From Macrostomum lignano (taxonomy: Eukaryota), in assembly GCA_002269645.1 (NCBI GenBank), contig NIVC01000114.1:434001-498000 (forward strand): a stretch of 64,000 nt of DNA, in the 5' to 3' direction. This document shows, piece by piece, positions 12,354 to 23,141 of this stretch. Positions within the stretch are counted from its first letter, which is position 1. Each line of letters starts with the position of its first letter. The notes under the pieces are model-generated. The model made no database searches, was not told where the DNA came from, and saw nothing but the letters and a program-made list of their open reading frames with translations. The translations under genes and the position numbers were made by a program.

Positions 12354-15300
12354 TCAAGCAATGCAACATGATCTCGCAGTTTTTTGCGAGTCTCCTAACT
12401 CACAAACGTATGGGACTGCACTCTGAGCTGCTACATCGAGTCTCCGTTCCAGTCTCTCCAGCTTCTGCATGACCCAGCCAATCTTCTCCTCGTCCTGCGT
12501 CTCCATGACGACGCGTCTCTCTTTCTCGATCATCTCCATCTGCTGCAGGCTGAGCTTCACGTGCTCGCGGAAGTCGCTGTAGTGAGCCAGAGTGAGCAGC
12601 TCCTCCAAGTCCGGGTCTCCAAGCAGCTGTTCAATCCAATGATCGAATTCGATTGCAGGTGCGCGATTGCGGAGCAGCTCAGCTTGGAGACTCCAGCTCA
12701 GGCAGCGGAAGTTCACGTACAGGTGGGGCTGCGAGAGAGACTGCGACAGTCTGGCTGTGAACAGAGTCTGCGTGAAGTCGGGAAGGAATGGGAAGCGAGG
12801 CGGAGAGTCGCAGGGGAGGCAGAACCTCCACGCCCAGTCTGAGTCTTCTGGCAGTTTTATCTTGTTTTGTAGCCAGTTACCCTTGTCTCGGATGTCGTGT
12901 GGCTTCAACCCTGACTCAACCTGATGTTTCTGCAGCTCCATCGCGAGTCTCTCAGCCTCCCTAGATTCTCCAAATTTCAAATGCGCCATGGCGGTCATGC
13001 ACAGAGCGGCGCACTTGCACCACTGCAGGTCATGCAGGAGACTGAGCTGCCTCATCAGGGTGTCTCTGTCGCTCGATTCCGACTGCAGCTCGCTCACACA
13101 CTGGTGCACCACACTGTACACGTCTGCGAACTTGTAGTAAAACTCTGAAGCATACCTTCTTTCCCTGATCTCCGTGACGGCAGGCGGCGCTGTCAGAGGA
13201 AGCAGAGTGAACAGGTGAAAGTAGAACTTCTCTGACTGCAGAGGTCTCACGAGTCTCCTCAGCTGCTCGACCACTCCGCCGATGTCGCTTCTCAGCTCAA
13301 GAAGTCGGTCTCGAACCCTCGCCTTCGTGTTGTCGAAGTCGCCACCGATTCCAGCGTTCTTGAAGTAGAGCGGAGCGTCGGGCATGAAGAAGTGCGGCAT
13401 GCACTCATCGGTCGAGCTGCTCGAGTCGATGAAGCTCAGCATCATGTCGAGAGACTCCTTGAGCAGAGCGATCAGATTGTGGGGCCGCCAAGCCTCAGTA
13501 TGCCAACTATATGTGCCATGCTTCTCCAGCATTGTGAAGAGCAGAGTCTTTGCATGGTAGGTCTTGAGTCCAGGTGTGTCCAGAGTGAGCGGCAAGTGTC
13601 TCTTGAAGATGAACTTGATGAGTGTGAACAGCTGGCCCTGGACTGTGCTCAGGTCTCTCATGATGTCTTTCTCCTGGAAGCTGAAGCTCACTCTGAGCTC
13701 GTTGGTCGAGCTCGGTCTGGTCGCCCGAACGAGGTGAACATACTGCCCTTTATGAGTCAGTTTTTCAATTCTGTCCTCACAGAAACTGCTACAGCACTGG
13801 ATCGCATGGCACGTGTCCTGTGCAGGCCGCACACCGCACGCCGTGGCTGTCACTGCAGGTTGGCTGCCTGTAGAGCGCAGTGAGCGGAGAGTCGCTTTGT
13901 GGCGAGTGAAAAAGATGGGTTGGTTTAAAACTGCAGATTTTCTCTTAGCTGGTTGGCAATTTCTATCATTCAATGAGAAACAATAGACAAAGAAATAATG
14001 AAAAATACATTATTTGTTGGTGTCTTTTAATTGGCCCTGAGCCTGAGCGCGCTTATTTACACACTTGCTGTTGGCTGCTTGTTAGACGCAAAAGAATTTC
14101 GACGCTCTTTGAAGAGCCAAATTCTTAGGTAAATGCACCTGTGAGGCATGATCATCTGCACCCACGAGCTCGCTCAGCTTCACCTTGAGCTGCTCTGGCT
14201 TCATCAGGCTGCAGCTCAGTACAGCTGCTCAAGCATCATCAGGACTCAGTGCCCCTAGCAAGGCACCAATCAGGCAGTCAGGGCGGCTTCGGTTTATTTT
14301 GTTTGAAATTTTCCAACTGAGAGCAGCGGCACCTCAGCAGAGCCATGCCGCCTACCGTGGGTCACCGAAGCACCGCTGCACCCACTCTGCTGCAATCGGA
14401 GCCTGTGAATTCAAAACCCAATGGCCCGGCTCAGCTAGTTGGCATCAAAGTTTTCTTTTCAATTTTTCCTGCCGCTTGTTTTAGCACCCAAGCCGACATA
14501 CATGCGGATCTCAGCATTCTGCTGATGAACCCAGCCTCACTCACCTGCTCCCACTGCCACCTGTGCGTGGCCCTCCGTGACCTGCAGCCGAGTGGCTACT
14601 TGGCAGGAACCATATTTTCTTTTGCAGCCACCTTCCAGATGGAACTCTTGCTCAGCAACCAGCACAGTCCAGTCAATGTCCGAGTCTGCAGCTGTCCTGC
14701 CGTTCACTTGCACCAGATTGTTGGCCCAGCCCTCTGCGTAGCTGCCCGTCATCTGCCTGCCATCCTGTGTGAGGACTTGAGCGACTTCTTCCAGCCAGTG
14801 AGCCAGTCTTTGCTGACACGTTGCTCTCTCCTCGGTGAATCCCGCATCGTTGAGCAGTCGATGCAGCTTCTCGCTAAGGCGCCTGTCTTGCTGGGAGTCG
14901 TCTGAGAGCCTGGAATGATCCGAGATGCGTGTGGGTGATTTGCTCAGAGTTGCATGGACAGAACAAGCAGGAGAGCTGAGAGTGCAGCTGCTGCAGCACT
15001 CAGACTGGCATCTCAAGCAGGAGAGCTGAGAGTGCAGCTGCTGCAGCACTCAGACTGGCATCTCAAGCAAGAGAGCTGAGAGTGCAGCTGCTGCAGCACT
15101 CAGACTGGCATCTCAAGCAAGAGAGCTGAGAGTGCAGCTGCTGCAGCACTCAGACTGGCATCTCAAGCAAGAGAGCTGAGAGTGCAGCTGCTGCAGCACT
15201 CAGACTGGCATCTCAAGCAAGAGAGCTGAGAGTGCAGCTGCTGCAGCACTCAGACTGGCATCTCAAGCAAGAGAGCTGAGAGTGCAGCTGCTGCAGCACT

Positions 15301-16117
15301 CAGTCTAATCCGATCTCAACCCTCAGACTCACTTTCGAGCGGCTGTCTTTTGGGCCTTTGAGCTTCTGCAATGCATGATGGTTTTTTTACTCTTGTACAA
15401 GTATTAGCTTTTGTTTCTTTTGTTTCGGGTCACTCACCTCTCTCCACTGAGATCCAGCAGCCGCAGCACCTGCCGCTGCTCAAATCGCTGTGCCACCTGC
15501 GCGCACGTCTGACCGTGACCGTCTCGATGACTCGCATCCGCTCCTCTGTCCATCAGAGCCTTGGCTGCTCGCACGTGACCGGCTTCGCACGCTCGTGACA
15601 GAGCAGTCCGACCCTGACTGTCTTCAGCACGCACTGACGCACCGAGATCGATGAGTTTCTCAATGAGCTCGTGATGACCTGCATCAGCTGCCAGCATGAG
15701 AGCAGTGGCTCCAGTGCTGTCTGGCAGATCGACATGCTGTGTGCTGACTCGCTCATCATTGATCAGTGTGACAGCAATTGTGACGGCAAGAGCGACGTGT
15801 CTTTGAGAGATGGAGAGAAAGAGCAGCTGTGTGATGTGAGCTGGCTGCATTCGAGAGAGAGTGTCGGTGAGAACGGAGTTCCTGCCTTCGATGGCCATTG
15901 CTGCAGTGAAGCTGAGGATGGTGCTGGATTGGATGAGCCAGTGTGGCTCGAGGCCGAGGGAGACAACGACATCTTCGCGAAGACGAGAGCAAGCCGCGAC
16001 TGCCCGTTTGAAACGGAGATCCGCTCTCTGATCCGGACTTGAGATTTTGTTTTGGTTTTTTATGTTTCCGATGTTTCCTGTTTTGGCTGCCTTGTAAGCA
16101 GTGATTTGTTGGCTCAT
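12354..16117 (-). CDS. Ankyrin-repeat cGAS-like (Mab-21/cGLR) nucleotidyltransferase, copy 2; exons 16117-15438, 14909-14545, 13867-12354
   Basis: Close paralogue of copy 1 with the same splice sites and phases and intact GSYAEGW...DSDID and RPAQD. The ankyrin N-terminus is shorter and the C-terminal tail differs. Confidence 0.83.
14964..15303. repeat. 50-nt intronic minisatellite, ~7 copies
   Basis: Unit CAAGCA(G/A)GAGAGCTGAGAGTGCAGCTGCTGCAGCACTCAGACTGGCATCT; roughly one unit is present at the homologous site in copy 1 (~3258-3300). Confidence 0.95.
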
Positions 16118-16319
16118 TCTACTTAACGCGCTGGTGAGTGATTTCCACTAGAAGGTAAATACGCTCGTATTTTCCTGTTGATGGGTGAGTTGCGTTTTGA
16201 ATTAAATTAATTTGGAGAAAGGGGAGGCATAGGGAGGCTGAAAGAGTGGAGGGTGGCTTCGCAACTTTAGTGTTTGCAATGAATTTCAAATCATGAAATT
16301 TGATTAATCTTACTTGTGC

Positions 16320-16575
16320 TCCATGGCTGCTGTCAGAGTGGCAGATGTCAGTCACGGCTGCTGTCAGAGTGGCAGATGTCAGTCACGGCTGCTGTCAGAG
16401 TGGCAGATGTCAGTCACGGCTGCTGTCAGAGTGGCAGATGTCAGTCACGTCTGCTGTCAGAGTGGCAGATGTCAGTCACGGCTGCTGTCAGAGTGACAGA
16501 TGTCAGTCACGGCTGCTGTCAGAGTGGCAGATGTCAGTCACGGCTGCTGTCAGAGTGGCAGATGTCAGTCACAGC
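16320..16575. repeat. 31-nt minisatellite, ~8 copies
   Basis: Same unit as 4508-4790. Confidence 0.95.
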
Positions 16576-17462
16576 TGCTATCGGATTGGCAGTTGTTTCA
16601 AAGGTTTGTGCAGTCGGCTGCCAGAAAGATTTTACAACCTCATCTCTCAGCTGCCCACCTTTTGAGTCTCTGGTGAGGCCGACAACCCCCTTTCACCGTA
16701 GGAACCGAAACTTCTCTCCCGAGAATGAGCGCTGAGGCCGCCCCTCCGCCAAACCCTTCAGGTCCCAGGATGGCCACGGAGAAGCTGTACTTGATGAGGC
16801 AGAGCTAACCCATTGTGCCTCAGTGCAGTCTGAGATCATTGGACGCATTTACTGGTCTTCTGAGAGGTGTGCAACGCTGCTCAGTGCCTTAGTGCATCGG
16901 TTACAGTAGGCGTTAAATGTACGACGCGTTTGAAGGAAGAGAGGGAGAAACAGGGGATGAGAAAGGGGTAAGGGGAGAAATAGGGGAGTTAACCAGCCTT
17001 GGTGAGTTTTTCTCTCCCACTCTGCCGCTGCACGGCATCTCAACTGCCGCAGCTTCAGCCAGTTGGTTGGCAAGCAGCTCGGCTCTCTGCCCCTCTCTCT
17101 CTGTCTCACCCTCACTGCCGACCCGCCACTCCTTCCAGTGCGAACTGAGACAAAGGGCTCAGGGCGCTGCTGGCGCCTCCACGTTGATGCCGTCAAGATG
17201 GCACCCGACAGCAGAATGGCGTCCGGTGGCGTCGGAACAGGCGCGAGCTGTTTGAGCCATTGCGAAGATGCAAGATGCAACCATTGGCATATAGCAATAA
17301 AAACGCACGATTTGAGTGTCGAAAAACTCAAAGCCACCTTGCAGTAAATATACCGTATTATACGCTAATATGCTCCCCTCATTGAGGAGGCAACAAAGAA
17401 ATGAGCAGAAAAGTTTGAATAAATAACATGTAAGCTTTTTTATCTTGAACAGTCATCAATTA

Positions 17463-17762
17463 GGGGTTGTAACCTAGTGGTTAGAGCGGTTATTCTACTG
17501 GTTACTCTTGTTTTGAAGGTTGGGGGTTCGATTCCCGCATGATCCCACTGAAACACAATGTGTCTCCTTGATCAATTATACACTTATCTCTCCATTGATT
17601 CAGTTCACCCACTGTAAAATAGATACCAGCATTAGCTGGGATAATTGAGGGTGTGTGGCGACCCCCCAGTCCTTGAATTGAACAGCCGTACGCAGCCTTC
17701 AGATGCGCTGCGCAAGAAGAGCTGCGGCTGAGCTGTCGGTTGCTCATCTGGCCCAATTAAGG
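17463..17762 (+). mobile_element. tRNA-derived SINE, CORE-like family, copy a
   Basis: A-box TAGTGGTTAGAGC and B-box GGTTCGATTCCC; the body is shared with 19964-20250 and 51340-51620. Confidence 0.75.
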
Positions 17763-18040
17763 CAAGGCAGGAAAGCATCGCTCTGAGATATCGCTAACCA
17801 ATCATGAGTCACATGCGATTTAGACACCGAAGTTGCATGCACATTGCTTATTTCATGTGTACAGGTGTTTCAGAGAGCGTCAGTCATGACTGCAGGTACT
17901 ATAATTTAAAAAGTATTTAATTATTTATGAGTACCATTGATTGCAAAAACAAAATATAGCCGATGTGAATAGCGTCTGATATTTAGTAGAAAAGAAAAAT
18001 GAAATAGCCGTATTTTAATTCGTTTTCATTAAAAAAACTA

Positions 18041-18152
18041 CAGTTCTCTCCCTAACCACCACAGCTCACTCCCCATCCCACACAGCTCTCTCCCTAACCA
18101 CCACAGCTCACTCCCCATCCCACACAGCTCTCTCCCTAACCTTCACAGCTCA
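18041..18152. repeat. 42-nt tandem repeat, ~2.7 copies
   Basis: Unit CAGCTCTCTCCCTAACCACCACAGCTCACTCCCCATCCCACA. Confidence 0.9.
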
Positions 18153-19486
18153 CCTCTGAGCCCCCCATAGCACATTCACGATTAGTAGATTGACGATTTT
18201 GGACGTACTGTGACGAAAGTGAATCTGTTGCTGCTGTTGTCGGTAACATTTGAAAGACTACATCAACATGCTTGTTGTTTCTGAATCTCTGATGCTAAAA
18301 AAGAACACAGAAGGCTCAGCTGCCTTGCTTGAGCTTCCTTTCCTGCCTCGGTCAATAAACTTGTCACTCAAGCATTTATTGCCTCAGCACAGGTATATAA
18401 ATGGGAAATATAACCATTTATTCACCTTAATCGACACTTTTCTCGTTATTTCTTCACCCGTCGCGTTGTTCGTTTTCTGTTTGCCGTTGTATTTTTAACA
18501 ACAGCAATAACAGAAATCATAGGGCTTTGTTGTTTTGAACTTATTATTTTTCATTTCAACTTTATTCCAAATTAACTGTTATTATCTTCACTTTTTAAAA
18601 CTTATTATTCAAGATAAAAAACGTATGCATTGAAAAAAAAATTTAATGCTTAGTCAGAAATAGTGTAAAATTAGTGTAAAACTAAGTTTTGTGGGAATAC
18701 TGGGCTAGAATAACGCTCGTTGGTGGGCCTAAGTTGGTACGCCCCCCCCCCCACAAAGAGGTTTCTCATCCAGTTCTAGTTATAAAGAAATCCTTGGCAC
18801 AGGAGACGTGGGTTCAGGCGGCCCAGCCAGCTAGTCAGTGTGTTTCCAAAGACCAGCTTGTCAAGATTGGCAGAGGCACCTGACTGTCTGCTCGAAATTC
18901 TCGATAAATTCCGAACAGTAAAGCCAACTTTAGCAATCTTGGTCTCGCCTTAGAGCTGACTGAATTCTACAAAACTGACACGAGTTTCATTGGAGTTCAG
19001 CGTTTATGCTACGGGAAATTTTAAAGAAAATATTTTTTATGTTTATTTACAACTCGACCTTGAAAATTTGTGATGCAGAACATTTTTGTTCTGGCCGCTT
19101 CCAAGCCTCCCGTGTAGCCAGGGCTGACCCTCGCCCATCTGCCGCACTCCGAGAATTCGCTCTCTGCTTGTTTCACCATTTTCCGCTCCTGCTGCAGTTT
19201 GAGTTTGAGCAGTGCGGCACTCGGCCATTTTGCAACAGGGGCGAACCCAGTGGGCTGAGCTGAGGGGCTGCTGCGGCCCCACTGAAATTTTGACCTGCCC
19301 TTCTGGCGACCCTGCCAGGACAGCCGCTGAGGACCGGCGCTCAAATGCAGCACTGAGCTCAGCTCTCAGAACTCCGGCCTCAGCAGCCAAGCAGCCTCTG
19401 CAGCCATGGCGCCCTTTTCCTGCTGCCCCTTCACTGCAGCCTGGCTCATGTAGTTTAAATACCTTCTGACTGGCTGACGATTGGCA

Positions 19487-19780
19487 AGTCAGGGCGTCAG
19501 TGATGGTGAAAACACGGTGCTGAGGCTGCCAGTCAGGGCGTCAGTGATGGTGAAGACACGGTGCTGAGGCTGCCAGTCAGGGCGTCAGTGATGGTGAAGA
19601 CACGGTGCTGAGGCTGCCAGTCAGGGCGTCAGTGATGGTGAAGACACGGTGCTGAGGCTGCCAGTCAGGGCGTCAGTGATGGTGAAGACACGGTGCTGAG
19701 GCTGCCAGTCAGGGCGTCAGTGATGGTGAAGACTCGGTGCTGAGGCTGTCAGTGATGGTGAAGACTCGGTGCGTGAAGAC
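19487..19780. repeat. 44-nt minisatellite, ~6.5 copies
   Basis: Unit AGTCAGGGCGTCAGTGATGGTGAAGACACGGTGCTGAGGCTGCC at 19487, 19531, 19575, 19619, 19663 and 19707. Confidence 0.95.
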
Positions 19781-19925
19781 TCTGTCGCTCGATTCCGACT
19801 GCAGCTCGCTCACACACTGGTGCACCACACTGTACACGTCTGCGAACTTGCAGTAAATCTCTTGATTGTGATCACTTCCTTCCCTGATCTCTGTGACAGC
19901 AGGCGGCGCTGTCAGAGGCAAATGA
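19778..19925 (-). pseudogene. Truncated cGLR/Mab-21 C-lobe fragment
   Basis: LPLTAPPAVTEIREGSDHNQEIYCKFADVYSVVHQCVSELQSESSDR matches exon 3 of copies 1 and 2. It is cut by the 44-nt repeat on one side and abuts the SINE on the other. Confidence 0.85.
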
Positions 19926-19963
19926 AGCAAGTAGCTGTGCTTTTTCTGTTCTTGGTAAATATT

Positions 19964-20250
19964 GGGGTTGTAGGTTGTAGCCTATAGTGGTCAGAGCGTC
20001 GGAATCACGACTTGAAGGTCGGGGGTTCGTTTCTCGGTCAACTCAAACACTTGTGTCCTTGAGAGCAAGACACTTAACTCTGCATTGCTTCAGTTCACCC
20101 AGCTGTAAAATGGGAGCCAGCATTAACTGGGATAATTGAGGTTGTGTGGCGACCCCACAGTCCTTGGACTGAACAGCCGTACGCAGCCTTCAGATGCGCC
20201 ACACAATAGCTGCGGCTGAGCTGTCGGTTGCACATCTGGCTCAATTGGGG
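19964..20250 (+). mobile_element. tRNA-derived SINE, CORE-like family, copy b
   Basis: A/B boxes followed by GTGTCCTTGAGAGCAAGACACTTAACTC...GCTTCAGTTCACCCAGCTGTAAAATGGG, which resembles the MIR/CORE domain. Confidence 0.8.
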
Positions 20251-21289
20251 CCTTTTAGTGAATCATCCTCGCACTGGCAGCCCTCACTCGACGCCCAGCC
20301 TCTTTCCGCTAGCCTGGTTTTTAGACTCTTTTCATCGATTTGTGTGACACCTGAAATTGACCAAATTGACCAAATTGACCAAAGAAGTCAGAGCTGATGC
20401 AGACATATTTAATTTTGGTCGATGTCCTGATGAAATTTGAAGGCTTGGAAAGGCTGCACTGAGGCGCAGTGCTGATTGCCGCACAGGGGTGTATTCAATA
20501 CACTGGCGCTTATGGGAAAAATCCGACCTCCGAAAAAAATCTGAAGAATCTTCAAATCCCTCGATGGTCCAGAAAGCTATCGACTTGATTGTTTCAGAAG
20601 GTGCGCAACAAAAGGGTAGCTTGAGTCCTGGAGTTTCGTGTGTCCGCATTGCTCCGTTCCGACGCAGTAGCAAAAACAGTTGTCCAGTAAAAATGGCTTA
20701 TGGTTATTTTTAGAGTTGACAGCCACAACAAGGAACCAAACTTCAACTGTGCATGAGCACTGTGGGCTTCTAGCTCATAGCTAGCTCTCCAAGCAAGCCT
20801 CACTAATACTGACAGAGCTGGCTTCTTTGGCTCAGTCAAGGAACAGAGAGATAGTAGGGAGCAGGAGTGTCGACAGCAGGTCGGGCAACCTCAACCTCAA
20901 ATATCTTCTTTCTGCTGGAGTAGTCTTAGGGTTTTAGCTGTTACAAATATAGTTATTATAGATTAGTATATTTTATAGTCTTTATATAATTATATGATGA
21001 CAGCTCTCCTACAGTTCTACAGTAGCTTACAACCATTGCAGTTTTACAGTATAGTTTCATTCGTATAAATAACCAATAATATATAATGCTTTAAACAGAT
21101 CTTAAAAGTGACGTGGGTTATAAATATATAAGCAGGGGTAAAGAAAGCCATTTGGACCAGACTTTATTAGAGCTGTGACTACTACTGTAGAGATCTCCAA
21201 ACACAGTAGCCTACTAAAAGTAGTAACATAAAGTTATGAATACAAATTAAAAAATAGCTATGTGTCATACTCTATTTTTAGTAATACCA

Positions 21290-22040
21290 GTAATATCACG
21301 CAAACAGCGAGTGGCTATGCTATTGTTCGAAAAAACAGGTTCTCGACATCTATTTTTAGAACTTCCAAATATGGTAAATGTTAACCTGAATGTGACCCAA
21401 GTCTCACCCCTTTCTATTCAAAAATCCCACCTGTCAAATAATAAATTCCTTTCGTGAACTCATCAAAAAACCGGTTTTGAGCTCAAGGTGGACTCAAGGC
21501 CGAAAAATTGTGTATAAATACAAACGCAAAATCCGAGCTGAAATCTCAGACTCGGAGCAGCCTCCAAAGATCTCGGGCTTTGCAAGAGCAGCCAACGAGG
21601 CTATATCTCTGAGGAAGAGATAAACACCAATTGGTAAGCTTTGTTCGAGACTTCGTTATTTTTTATTATTGAGAGCAATTTTATTGCCGGCCGTTACTGT
21701 TCAGTTGATTTTTACTGAGTCTATTGAGTTTGAGGCCTCCCATTTTCCTAAGGGATTGGATAGGATCTGCGGACTGATTCCGAAACCCTTAGAGGATTAT
21801 CGATTGATTGATTTTGGTTATCCTAGATTAACCGATAGGAGTACACTACTCCGATTCCGTTAGTTTTAAAAGAAGACGCCCTTTTGGAGGACCTCGCGTT
21901 ATTATAGAAGTTGATTTTGTTATTAGGGCGCATCGTTGATATTGATTTCCGCACTCGAGGAAATACTGCGACGTCGATTTTATTGTTACGCTCTCACTTT
22001 CGGCCGATTCTAGACTTCAAGAAGATTCCTCCGGAGAAGA
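21290..22040. repeat. Dispersed ~0.7-kb repeat, partner of 5900-6620
   Basis: Inverted homologue of 5900-6620; contains TGTGTATAAATA. Confidence 0.75.
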
Positions 22041-22212
22041 AGATTGGAAGAAGCAAGTTTTAGACACGCGCGCAACAAAGAAGAAGAAACAAGGAACGAG
22101 CTCGGAGAACCTGCCCGACGAAGAAGAGGAGCCGCAACAGTAAGTGCACTACATTTTTGTTCCCAGGCTTAGGGTCTGGAAGTGGGAGTTCGAGCGTTTA
22201 GACACTAGACCA

Positions 22213-22215
<3 letters not shown>

Positions 22216-22259
<44 letters not shown>

Positions 22260-22292
22260 TCCTCTTTCTCTCTCTCCTTTCACTCCCTCTCT
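22216..22292. repeat. (CT)n microsatellite
   Basis: Visible directly. Confidence 0.95.
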
Positions 22293-23141
22293 CTAGTGTG
22301 CTAAAGCGAACTCTTCACTACATACACGGCATACTACTTAGCTCGTAGCTTTTTTCTGAGTAGTACATCAAGGATATGCATGTGTTAGGAAAAGAAAGGG
22401 TTGCTCCTGTTGAAACACAGAGTTTGCAACCAAGTATTTTTTTAAATTGTGAGATTTGAGCGGTTTTATAACAAGAATACTTTTGATTGTTTGAGTATTT
22501 CAGAAGAAAGCAACTTTATTAAAAACTTCATAACGGTTCAATTAGATACTGTACACTCGAGCAAACATGGGTTGAGGGACGGACGAAGGTTAAAATGGAC
22601 AAGCGAAGGCAATGAAGAACACGATCTGTCATGTACAATCTGCTATGTACTCTTAGCTATGTAAAATTTGCTATGTACACTATGCTTTGTAGCGATAATT
22701 TTTCCTACAATCATATTTCATCCAAGAGGCCCATCGCACACGGTGTTTACATCACTAATTTCGATGATGAGATAATTGAGGGCCGTTGTATACATGCACA
22801 GGCACTACATGCTGCATACTGAAATGACACCGGAAATGACAAGCGCTGAATTTCATCTGCTTCGCTAACTTGCATTGTTTAAAACATCTACAAGATTCAT
22901 CGGTAAATGTTGTTTCCACAAGAATCTTGTAACTCACGAGGTGCTAGCTGGCACCTTGCGCCGCAATCTTCTTATCAATTTTTAATCAGGCCAGCCACTT
23001 GTGCCACCTCAAATCCGTTTATATTCAAAAGTTTAAAATCAAATTTTTGATCTGGTGAACTTTCTATCTATATAGCTTTCTTAAAGCGAAAGACGAATAA
23101 CTCTCAGCCCAAGGTCGGTAAGGCTCGGCATTGCCAGCGAA

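Noticed and set aside
17463-17560. tRNA gene candidates at 17463, 19964 and 51340
   Set aside because: A/B boxes are present but no clean cloverleaf, and all continue into a shared SINE body.
18041-18152. CCCTAA telomere-like motifs
   Set aside because: Only three isolated hexamers inside a 42-nt unit, not a telomeric array.
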